Assembly: GCA_013360565.1 (NCBI GenBank)
Contig: JABWBI010000002.1
Coordinates: forward strand, 1 to 51,295
From: Candidatus Sumerlaeia bacterium
GTDB lineage: Bacteria; Sumerlaeota; Sumerlaeia; JABWBI01
Length of the DNA stretch: 51,295 nt
Direction of reading: 5' to 3'
How positions within the stretch are numbered: position 1 is the first letter of the stretch; every line of letters begins with the position of its first letter. The notes beneath the pieces were generated by a model. It was not told the origin of the DNA, did no database searches, and saw nothing but the letters and a program-made list of their open reading frames with translations. Below are positions 1-8,037 of this stretch, one piece after another. The position numbers were made by a program, and so were the translations under genes.

Positions 1-3000
1 CTCGCTGCGCGATGGCCCGCGCGAGCATCGGCGACGCGGGTACTCCGCCGGGGGCGCGGGGAACCGCAGCCCTCACCGGTGCTTGCCCTGCCGGCGGTGG
101 AGGGGGGCCGACGGCGATCTGCATGCGGAACCAGCGCTCGAAGATCTCCCGGTTGATGTTCGTGAGCAGCTCCTCGAACGCGTTGAAGGCTTCCTTCTGG
201 TACTCGTGCAGCGGATTGACCTGGGCGTAGCCGCGGAGACCGATGCCCTGCCGCAGCTCGTCCATTGCGAGGAGATGGTCGCGCCAGTCCGTGTCGATCG
301 TCTGGAGGACGACGAACTGTGTGAACCGCAGTGCCATCCCCGGACCGAAGGACTCGAGCAGCTGCACCTTCTTGTCGTAGGCCTCGCCGATGCGCCGCAT
401 CACTTCGACAAGGAGCTCATCCCCGGCGGTCTTCTTCTCGTGGTCGTACCAGACCTGCTGCGCGCTCTCCCGCAGCAGACCCGAGAAGTCCGCCGAGGCG
501 ACCGTGCGCTGAATCCACTCGATGAAACCCGCGACGTCAGCCCTCTCCGAGTCGCCGTTGCCGCCGTACTCGGAGAGAAAGGCCGACTCGACCACCTCGG
601 CACAGGTGTCGAGCACGATGGAGCGGCACTCCTCTGTCGACGCGAAGAGCGCCTGCGCCCGGCGCGAGTAGATCACTTCGCGCTGCCGGTTCATCACATC
701 GTCATACTCAAGCGTCTTCTTGCGCCGGTCGAAGTTGACGGCCTCCACCTTCGACTGCGCCTTGCCGATCTGACGGGTGATCAGACCTGACCGGATCTCC
801 TCCCCCTCTTCGATCTTGCCGAGCCGGAGCACCATGTTGACCGCCCGCTCGCTCATGAAGAGGCGAAGCAGCTCGTCCTCGAAGGAGAGGAAGAACTGCG
901 AGGCCCCGGGGTCGCCCTGCCGGCCCGAGCGGCCGCGGAGCTGCCGGTCGATCCGGCGGGACTCGTGGCGCGCCGAGCCGATCACATGCAGACCGCAGGG
1001 AGGCAGATCGTCGTCCACTGTGTCACCCGCCTGACGCCATGGACACGTGGGGCAGCGGGGCCCCGCGTAATCCGTCCGCTTCTCGCAGCGGATCACGTCC
1101 GGCCCCAGCTTGATGTCCGTGCCGCGACCCGCCATGTTCGTCGCGATGGTGATGGCGCCCCGCTGTCCGGCCCCGCGGATGATCTCGGCCTCACGCTGAT
1201 GCTGCTTCGCGTTGAGCACGTTGCACGAGACCTTTCCGCGCCGCAGCATGCGCGCCAGCGTCTCGCTGTCCTCGACGCTGGTGGTGCCCACGAGGACCGG
1301 CATCCCGTGGCTGTGGATCCACTCGATCTCCTCGATGATCGCGTTGTACTTCTCGCGCTTCGTCTTGTAGATCACGTCGTCGAGGTCCTGCCGCTGCACC
1401 GGCCGGTTCGTGGGGACGCGCTGGACCCGCATCTTGTAGATGTGGTCGAACTCGCCCGCCTCGGTCTCCGCCGTGCCTGTCATGCCGGCGAGCTTCCCGT
1501 ACATGCGGAAGTAGTTCTGGATCGTGATCGTCGCGAGCGTCTGCGTCTCGCGCTCGATCTTCACGCCCTCCTTTGCCTCCACCGCCTGGTGCAGCCCATC
1601 GCTCCACCGCCGCCCGTGCATGAGGCGCCCCGTGTACTCGTCGACGATGATGACCTTGTTGTCCTGGACGACGTACTCGACGTCCTTCTCGTAGAGCATG
1701 TAGGCCCGCAGGAGCTGCGAGATGTTGTGCAGCTCCTCGCTCCGCTCCTCGTGCCGTCGCCGCGCCTCCTCCTTGAGGGCCGCCTTCCTCGCCGGATCCG
1801 GCTCCGCCGCGTCGATGCGCGCGATCTCATCGACGAGGTCGATCAGGACGAACATCTCCGGATTGTTCGGCGAGATCGCCACCCGCCCCCTCTCCGTCAG
1901 ATCGATCGTGTGCCCCTTCTCGTCGATGATGAAGTGCAGGATGTCGTCGAGCTCCGGGAACCGCTTGTCGATCGTCCAGCGGTTGAGCGCGTCGGTCATG
2001 AGCTTCTTGTTGCGCGGCTCCTGAAAGAGCTTCACGGCGCGCGGGTGCTTGGGGGCTCCCTTCATCAGGAACATGAGCTTCTCGCCGGCCTCGGCGTCCC
2101 TGCCCTCGTCGAGGAGGCGCTGCGCCTCCGTGGCGATCTCCGAGATGAGCGCGTTCTGCTTGCGGACCAGCTCGGAGACCAGCGGCTTGAGCCGGTCATA
2201 CTGGTGGGTCGAGCGATCCACCGGGCCCGAGATGATGAGCGGTGTGCGGGCCTCGTCGATCAGAATCGAGTCCACCTCGTCGATGATCGCGAAGTGGTGT
2301 CCGCGCTGGACCGAGGCGTCCCGGTGATGGGCCATGTTGTCGCGGAGATAGTCGAAGCCGAACTCGTTGTTGGTCCCATAGGTGACATCGCACTGGTAGG
2401 CGGCACGCCGCTCGGGGGTGCCCGGATTCGACAGGTCGATGCATCCCACTGTCAGTCCCAGGTACTCGAGGATACGTCCCATCCACTGAGAGTCCCGGCG
2501 AGACAGATAGTCATTCACTGTCACGAGATGCACACCCCACCCGAGCAGGGCATTCAGATAGAGAGGAAACAGGGCGACGAGTGTCTTGCCCTCGCCAGTG
2601 GCCATCTCCACAACGGCCCCGTGGTGGAGCTCCGCGGCCCCGGCCAGCTGGACATCAAAGGGAACCATGTCCCAGCGGACCTCGGACCCCGCACTCTCCC
2701 ACGACTGGCCCACATGGCGGCGACAGGCCTCCTTGACCGTGGCAAAGGCCTCCACCAGGAGTTCGTCGAGCAGCTCCTGCTCGATGGCCTTGACACGGTT
2801 GAGGAAGGCCTTGCCGTCCTCGAGTTCCTTCAGCGTCCGCCTGACGAGATGATCGACCTCACCGCGCGAGACCTTGGCGACCAGCTCGACCGCGTCGGAA
2901 TCCGGCTTGCCCACAAGCCTGAGGCGCTCGCGCAGCTCATCCAGATGAGGCGCGATGCGACTGGAGAATCCCTCCCGCAGGCGACGGCGAAACTCCACTG

Positions 3001-3211
3001 TCCTGTCTCGGAGCTGCTCATCGGAGAGCGACCGGAGTTTCTCGGCCTCCCCATTGATGGCCGCCAGGAGGCCCTGGATCTTGCCGAGATAGACGGCGTC
3101 TTCCACCCGGCGGCGGCGCCACTCGGGAAAGAAGCTGACGATGAACCGCCCCAGAAAGGGCAGGCGGTTGAGCACCGCGACGAACTTGTCTGCTCCGGTG
3201 AGCTTGACCAT
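1..3211 (-). CDS. secA: Preprotein translocase ATPase SecA (3' end truncated by the window edge; more than 1070 codons present)
   Basis: The minus-strand frame starts with ATG at 3211..3209 (MVKLTGADKFVAVLNRLPFLG...). It is absent from the ORF track because there is no stop before position 1. It contains EMATGEGKTLVALFPLYLNAL and VTVNDYLSRRDSQWMG (motor domain). Near the edge it reads DTDWRDHLLAMDELRQGIGLRGYAQVNPLHEYQKEAF. The + ORF 965..3220 is its antisense shadow. Confidence 0.95.
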   Translation of the reverse strand, partial: MVKLTGADKFVAVLNRLPFLGRFIVSFFPEWRRRRVEDAVYLGKIQGLLAAINGEAEKLRSLSDEQLRDRTVEFRRRLREGFSSRIAPHLDELRERLRLVGKPDSDAVELVAKVSRGEVDHLVRRTLKELEDGKAFLNRVKAIEQELLDELLVEAFATVKEACRRHVGQSWESAGSEVRWDMVPFDVQLAGAAELHHGAVVEMATGEGKTLVALFPLYLNALLGWGVHLVTVNDYLSRRDSQWMGRILEYLGLTVGCIDLSNPGTPERRAAYQCDVTYGTNNEFGFDYLRDNMAHHRDASVQRGHHFAIIDEVDSILIDEARTPLIISGPVDRSTHQYDRLKPLVSELVRKQNALISEIATEAQRLLDEGRDAEAGEKLMFLMKGAPKHPRAVKLFQEPRNKKLMTDALNRWTIDKRFPELDDILHFIIDEKGHTIDLTERGRVAISPNNPEMFVLIDLVDEIARIDAAEPDPARKAALKEEARRRHEERSEELHNISQLLRAYMLYEKDVEYVVQDNKVIIVDEYTGRLMHGRRWSDGLHQAVEAKEGVKIERETQTLATITIQNYFRMYGKLAGMTGTAETEAGEFDHIYKMRVQRVPTNRPVQRQDLDDVIYKTKREKYNAIIEEIEWIHSHGMPVLVGTTSVEDSETLARMLRRGKVSCNVLNAKQHQREAEIIRGAGQRGAITIATNMAGRGTDIKLGPDVIRCEKRTDYAGPRCPTCPWRQAGDTVDDDLPPCGLHVIGSARHESRRIDRQLRGRSGRQGDPGASQFFLSFEDELLRLFMSERAVNMVLRLGKIEEGEEIRSGLITRQIGKAQSKVEAVNFDRRKKTLEYDDVMNRQREVIYSRRAQALFASTEECRSIVLDTCAEVVESAFLSEYGGNGDSERADVAGFIEWIQRTVASADFSGLLRESAQQVWYDHEKKTAGDELLVEVMRRIGEAYDKKVQLLESFGPGMALRFTQFVVLQTIDTDWRDHLLAMDELRQGIGLRGYAQVNPLHEYQKEAFNAFEELLTNINREIFERWFRMQIAVGPPPPPAGQAPVRAAVPRAPGGVPASPMLARAIAQR

Positions 3212-3259
3212 GGTGATTGAGGCCGTTTCCGTTCTCGCGCAGCTCGCCGGGTAGGCCAG

Positions 3260-3823
3260 TCAGCGCATCAGCGAATCGACAAGATCCTCTTCTCTCTCAG
3301 CCACGGGGGGCCAAGCGCCCTCGATCTCCAGGAGCCTCCGCTTCAACGGGAGCCCCCCGCCGAATCCGCCGAGTCTACCGTCTTGCCTGAGCACCCGGTG
3401 GCAGGGCACCACGAGGGGAAACGGGTTGGCACTCATCGCGCCGCCCACCGCTCGCGCCGCATACGGGTCACCAGCCCGGACCGCAACCCACCAGTAGGAC
3501 CGCGTCTGGCCCCACGGAATCTGGCGGGTGGTGTCCCACACACGCCGCTGGAAGGGTGTCGCCTCGCTCATGTCGAGTGGCCAGCGCGAATAGTCCTGAG
3601 GTCTGCCCCGAAGAGCGGCATCCAAGACGTCGAGCCACGGGTCCACGGCGGTCTGGTCACGCCGGGCCGAACGGCGATTGTTTCGGGCCAGATGGGCAGC
3701 TGTCAACGCTTCTGTCGGATGCGGGAGAACAATCTGCGAAACCCCATCCGGACCGGCGGCCAAGCCGATCCAACCCAATGGCGTCTCCAGGGTGCCCCAG
3801 GAGTGGACGGAAGGAAGTCTCAC
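3260..3823 (-). CDS. ogt: Methylated-DNA--protein-cysteine methyltransferase (Ogt/MGMT family)
   Basis: The active-site motif PCHRV sits in NPFPLVVPCHRVLRQDGRLGGFGGG, and the N-terminal TPLGWIGL-type domain is present. I chose the in-frame GTG at 3823 rather than the track start at 4027. That start would overlap the response regulator by about 200 nt. GTG 3823..3821 overlaps the upstream stop TGA 3822..3820 (GTGA). Confidence 0.85.
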   Translation of the reverse strand: MRLPSVHSWGTLETPLGWIGLAAGPDGVSQIVLPHPTEALTAAHLARNNRRSARRDQTAVDPWLDVLDAALRGRPQDYSRWPLDMSEATPFQRRVWDTTRQIPWGQTRSYWWVAVRAGDPYAARAVGGAMSANPFPLVVPCHRVLRQDGRLGGFGGGLPLKRRLLEIEGAWPPVAEREEDLVDSLMR

Positions 3824-4230
3824 GCTGCGGGCATCTCCTGGTGTCCTTGCGCCTTGGCCAGGAGTTGGGAGATCTTCTCGACCGTCGAAACCGGATCGAA
3901 GGGCTTCGAGATGAAATCGTCGAGCCCTGCAGTCAGCGCCTTCTCTTGATCGCCGATCAGCGCATGGGCCGACATGGCCACGATGGCCAGATTCCGGGTC
4001 TTGGGCATCGCCCGGAGGCGGCGGCACGCCTCCCAGCCATCGACCACCGGCATGTCCAGGTCGAGCAGGACCAGGTCCGGCGGCTCGCAGGTGGCCATCG
4101 CGATCGCTTCCGCTCCATCGCGGGCGATGAGCACGGTGTGTCCGAGATGCGTCAGGAGGCTCTCGAGCACGAAGACGATGTCGCGGTTGTCGTCGACGAC
4201 CAGGATGCGCGCCGGCCGGGCGGGGGTCAT
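3820..4230 (-). CDS. Single-domain response regulator (CheY-like receiver, no output domain)
   Basis: ILVVDDNRDIVFVLESLL...PDLVLLDLDMPVVDGWEACRRLR...AIVAMSAH...KPF carries the acidic pocket, the phospho-acceptor Asp context (LLDLDMP) and the conserved Lys (SKPF). Its ATG overlaps the kinase stop (ATGA at 4227..4230). Confidence 0.9.
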   Translation of the reverse strand: MTPARPARILVVDDNRDIVFVLESLLTHLGHTVLIARDGAEAIAMATCEPPDLVLLDLDMPVVDGWEACRRLRAMPKTRNLAIVAMSAHALIGDQEKALTAGLDDFISKPFDPVSTVEKISQLLAKAQGHQEMPAA

Positions 4231-6206
4231 GGGGCCGGATGATGCGGGAGAGTGAGGCAGAATGTCGAGCCAGAAGCGTCGGTCTCCTCCAGCGTCAGCT
4301 CGCCTCCCACGAGGCGCGCCAGCGACCGCGCGATGCTCAGCCGCAACCCCGTGTCATGCTCCGGGTTGGAGCCGAGAAACGGCTCGAACACACTGTCGAC
4401 CATGGCGGGATCGAAACCCCGGCCGTTGTCCCGGATCGTGATCCTGAGCGACGCTGTCGTCCCCTCCTGCCGGCGGTCGCCCCTGATGCGAACCTCCCGA
4501 GCCTCCGCCCAGAGCGCGAGGTGCTCGAGGAGATGCTGCAGGATGAACCTGACCTTGACCGGGTCGGATGACCAGCGCACGGCCTCCGGGTCCAGATCGA
4601 CTTGAACATCGAATCGCTGATCCTGGAGGCACGCCGCGACGCGGCCCGCTGCATCCCGGATGGTCCCGGCGACGTCAAACTCACCCCAGAGCATGTCCAC
4701 CTCACCGCCCTCGAGGCGCGAGTAATTGAGAATCCGGTCGAAGGCGAGGTGCAGTGTGTGTCCACAGCGCAGGATGGTCTGGAGCGCCTCACGCTGGCGT
4801 TCGTTCACCTCGCCGAGGACACCACCTCCCAGGAGGTCGGCGCAGCCGATGACGGCACTGAGCGGCGTGCGCAGCTGATGTCCCAGCGAGGCGAGGAACC
4901 GGCTCTTGAATCGCTGGCTCTGTTCGAGCTCCCCGTGGGCCTTCTCGAGCTCCAGGGCCCGGTCCGCCGCCAGCTCGCGCTCCCGGCTCACCTGGGCAAA
5001 GAGCTGAGCGTTGCGCAGCGTCGTCGACACACTCACCAGCAGAGAGCTGATCACGTTCGCCTGCCGGCGGATCGCTGCGCTCGGCTCATGACCGCGCATC
5101 TCCAGCGTGCCGATCACCCGCTGCTGGGCGATGATCGGAATCGAGATCAGCGACATGCCAGCGCGCTCAGGATCGGCCACCGCGCCGGTCGCGAAGGTGG
5201 CCATCTCATCCCGCTGGATGGGCCCCGACTCGGGGAGAGTGTACCGGGTCCAGCCGTCCCCGCTGACATTTTCCATCACCAGCACGAGGACCCGGGCGCG
5301 GGTGAACTGCCGGGCGACTTCGAGAAGCCGCTCGGCGATCTCATCCATGTCCAGTGTCGCTCCGACCATCAGAGCCAGTTCCCCGGCCTGCTTGCTCTCG
5401 GCCAGCGTCCGGCTGATCTCCTCGCCCATCTCGTCGAAGCAGGCGGCCAGGCTTCCGAACTCATCCGGGCGGTCGAGGCCAATGGGCCCGAAGTTCCCGC
5501 GCGAGAACTCCTCGACGCCCGCCGTCAGCGCGTCGATGGGGACCGTGATCGACCGGCCCAGCCGCACGGCCAGGAGGATCGCCAGAGCGATCACGGAGAA
5601 GTGAACCACCCGGTTGACCGTGTAGAGTGTCTGGAGGTCCTCCGTCGCATCCACGATGTCGAGCCTCAACTCGCTGAGGCCCCGCGCGGCCAGCTCGTTC
5701 AGGGTTCGACTGAAGGAGGCACTCTCCTCCCAGAGATCCACCACGGCGATGTCAGCCTCGGCGGAGGTGAGGTGGACGCCCCCGTCGTCATTCTCGATCA
5801 GCGAGAGCATCCGGTCCGTCGCCGCCGTCACCTCGTCGTAGGACTGCTCGGCCGAGAGGAGCACCGAGCGCATCGCGGCGGTCTCGACCTGCGAGCGGAG
5901 GTCGGCCAGACTCTCGCGGACTTCGCGGCGAAGCGGCTCGAGGGCCGCGTGGACATCTCCCATCCGCTCCCCGTGGAGCCGGCGTCCGATGATGACCGCC
6001 GCCTCGGTCATGTGCTGATAGGCGTTCAGGAACTCTTCGATCAGCAGCGTGTACTCCAGCTGAAGCGCCTCGATGCGCTCGCGCTCCTCGTCGTCGATCC
6101 AGTCCGAGAGTGCCCGGCTCGCGAAGAAGAGAATCAGGATCACGGCGAAGTGGAGAATGATCCGGGCGCGGACCGAACGGCGGGCGGCTTGCAGCAGTCT
6201 GACCAT
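4227..6206 (-). CDS. Membrane sensor histidine kinase (2 TM helices, helical extracytoplasmic region, HAMP, GAF-like, HisKA, HATPase_c)
   Basis: The H-box is FLASLGHQLRTPLSAVIG. G1 is DNGRGF and the F-box is FEPF. The start was moved to the in-frame ATG at 6206 (MVRLLQAARRSVRARIILHFAVILILFF), 2 nt after the patatin stop (TGA 6211..6209). The track start at 6347 would overlap the upstream gene. Confidence 0.9.
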   Translation of the reverse strand: MVRLLQAARRSVRARIILHFAVILILFFASRALSDWIDDEERERIEALQLEYTLLIEEFLNAYQHMTEAAVIIGRRLHGERMGDVHAALEPLRREVRESLADLRSQVETAAMRSVLLSAEQSYDEVTAATDRMLSLIENDDGGVHLTSAEADIAVVDLWEESASFSRTLNELAARGLSELRLDIVDATEDLQTLYTVNRVVHFSVIALAILLAVRLGRSITVPIDALTAGVEEFSRGNFGPIGLDRPDEFGSLAACFDEMGEEISRTLAESKQAGELALMVGATLDMDEIAERLLEVARQFTRARVLVLVMENVSGDGWTRYTLPESGPIQRDEMATFATGAVADPERAGMSLISIPIIAQQRVIGTLEMRGHEPSAAIRRQANVISSLLVSVSTTLRNAQLFAQVSRERELAADRALELEKAHGELEQSQRFKSRFLASLGHQLRTPLSAVIGCADLLGGGVLGEVNERQREALQTILRCGHTLHLAFDRILNYSRLEGGEVDMLWGEFDVAGTIRDAAGRVAACLQDQRFDVQVDLDPEAVRWSSDPVKVRFILQHLLEHLALWAEAREVRIRGDRRQEGTTASLRITIRDNGRGFDPAMVDSVFEPFLGSNPEHDTGLRLSIARSLARLVGGELTLEETDASGSTFCLTLPHHPAP

Positions 6207-6208
6207 GT

Positions 6209-7312
6209 TCAGAGCACCTTGATGACGTCGGCTGGGCAGTTGTTCTCGCAGGCGTGGTCCTGCTGGCAGCGGTCCGTGTTCGTGACCACGAGCTCCGCGC
6301 GCGGGCCGTTCATGCGGAAGATGTCGTAGGGGCAGGCGAGCACACACAGGCCGCAGCCGATGCAGCGGTCGAGATCGAGGACGAACTTCGCCTTGCTGAA
6401 GTGCAGCGGTGCGGGGTGGCGGCCCGGCGCCCGCTCGTGGAGCACCCGCATGATGGCGGGATGCGTGCGGAGCATCTCGATCGCCAGCCGGTGCCCACGC
6501 TCGATGAGACGGTCGATGCCCGAGAAGTCCAGCAGATCATGGTCGCTGACATCGATCTCCAGCAGCACCAGCGGCGTCCGGCAGAAGTGGAGGGAGCTCT
6601 CGATCTTGTCGCGAATCGCGATCGCGCTCTGCCGCATGACGGAGGAGATGATCTGCCGGAATCCCCCTCCCAGCCCACGTGCCGCCGCCGAGTGCGCCCC
6701 CGCCGCGGCCCCCCGGAAACCCAGGGTGATGGCGATGATGAGCGAGGCCCCGCGCAGCTGGGCGAGCGAGATGGGAAGATTGTCGCCCACGCCACCGTCC
6801 ACGTAGGTCTCGCCCTTGATCTGGCGGGGCGGGAAGATGCCCGGCATCGAGCAGGAGGAGACCACGGCCTCGTGCACGGGGATGTCGTCCAAGCCGGGCA
6901 GGCCCCAGAAGACGTTTGCCGAAGACCGGAGATTCACGGCGTTGACAAAGAGCGGTTTGGGCAGCTTGCCGAAGTCGTCGACGGGCAGGATCCGCTCGAC
7001 GAAGTCGTGGTAGTTGCGGATCGAGAACAGTCCCCCGCAGTCCTCCCCCCCGAGTCCGAGTGCGTTTTGAACTGTCTGGCGCACGAACCCCCACTTGGAC
7101 GGGATGAAGTCCCGGCGCCGGATCGAGCAGGCCACCTCGGCCATCTCCTCCACGCTGAGTCCCGAAGCCGCCGCGGCGGCGATCAGCGAACCCATGGACG
7201 TGCCGATGTACTCGTCGATCTCGATATCCAGGTCGCGGAGCGCGCGCAGCACTCCGATGTGGGCCATGCCCTTCAGCCCGCCTCCGGAGAGGACAGCAAT
7301 CGTCTTGGACAC
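6209..7312 (-). CDS. Patatin-like phospholipase fused to a C-terminal 4Fe-4S ferredoxin-type domain
   Basis: Patatin hallmarks are present: oxyanion GGGLKG, nucleophile elbow GTSMG and catalytic Asp in DGGVGDNLP. The last ~55 aa read CIGCGLCVLACPYDIF...CQQDHACENNCPADV, a CxxCxxCxxxCP motif plus a distal CP, as in single-cluster ferredoxins. Confidence 0.85.
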   Translation of the reverse strand: MSKTIAVLSGGGLKGMAHIGVLRALRDLDIEIDEYIGTSMGSLIAAAAASGLSVEEMAEVACSIRRRDFIPSKWGFVRQTVQNALGLGGEDCGGLFSIRNYHDFVERILPVDDFGKLPKPLFVNAVNLRSSANVFWGLPGLDDIPVHEAVVSSCSMPGIFPPRQIKGETYVDGGVGDNLPISLAQLRGASLIIAITLGFRGAAAGAHSAAARGLGGGFRQIISSVMRQSAIAIRDKIESSLHFCRTPLVLLEIDVSDHDLLDFSGIDRLIERGHRLAIEMLRTHPAIMRVLHERAPGRHPAPLHFSKAKFVLDLDRCIGCGLCVLACPYDIFRMNGPRAELVVTNTDRCQQDHACENNCPADVIKVL

Positions 7313-7468
7313 ACAGAACCTCGGATGGGCGCCTGGGGCGCCGCGGTCTCAGGTCAGGGTGGAGCAAGTCCTCGCCACCCGCAAGCCATCCCATCGACAT
7401 CCGGCCCGCCATTGTTGAGGAGTCGCAAGGGAGTTGACAGCTCGGCGGCGGACGGCGAATCTCCGGCC

Positions 7469-8020
7469 ATGAGGCTGACACCCGTGTGCCCCCTGCCGCT
7501 TCTGCTCTCCTTTGCGATGTTGGTCTCCGCCGTGGGATGCTCTGTGACTCCCCGTCACGAACGGCGCCACGACATCCCGACGCGTCTCCTCGACGGCTAT
7601 GACGCCTTGGTCATCCTCCCGCCCCAGGCCAGCGAGGGACTCCGTGTCTCCGTGCCTGAGGGTTCACTCGCCATGCTCGAGACAGAGATCCGGCGAGAGA
7701 TCAGTGGCTTCGCCCTCAACCGGCTCGCTCCGCCCCCCCTTCAGTCCAACGCCTCTTTCCGCGGCCGCTCGGCGGAGCTCCACGTGAACGTTGTCCGCTG
7801 CGACGAGGTCTCCGTCGAGAGCCGATTCTCCCGCACCGCCACTCGGATCGAGATCGACGTCGCGGTCCAGTTCGTCGACTCCGAGACCTACGAGCCGCTC
7901 GCGGACTGGGTGAATCTCGGCGAGGCGGCCGGACCGGCGACCGGGCGGAGCGTCGCCGATGCCCTCCGGGCGGCCGCCCACCAAGTGGCGCTGCACATCG
8001 TGCGCGACAGACGCGGCTGA
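7469..8020 (+). CDS. Hypothetical lipoprotein
   Basis: This is an in-frame ATG at 7469 inside track ORF 6254..8020, whose 5' part is antisense to the patatin gene. The N-terminus MRLTPVCPLPLLLSFAMLVSAVGC is a signal peptide plus a lipobox-like motif. G/C third-position bias is strong. I recognise no family. Confidence 0.6.
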   Translation: MRLTPVCPLPLLLSFAMLVSAVGCSVTPRHERRHDIPTRLLDGYDALVILPPQASEGLRVSVPEGSLAMLETEIRREISGFALNRLAPPPLQSNASFRGRSAELHVNVVRCDEVSVESRFSRTATRIEIDVAVQFVDSETYEPLADWVNLGEAAGPATGRSVADALRAAAHQVALHIVRDRRG

Positions 8021-8037
8021 GACGATCGCGAGGATCC

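Noticed and set aside
965-3220. A 751-aa + strand ORF across the secA region.
   Set aside because: It is Arg/Leu/Asp/His-rich with no recognisable motifs. It lies exactly antisense to a frame with unmistakable SecA signatures. Long antisense ORFs are expected at this G+C content.
6209-7312. The patatin gene as a CBASS-type or other antiphage effector.
   Set aside because: No cyclase/nucleotidyltransferase, SAVED, STING, TIR or other defence-associated partner lies nearby. The neighbours are a two-component system and Ogt.
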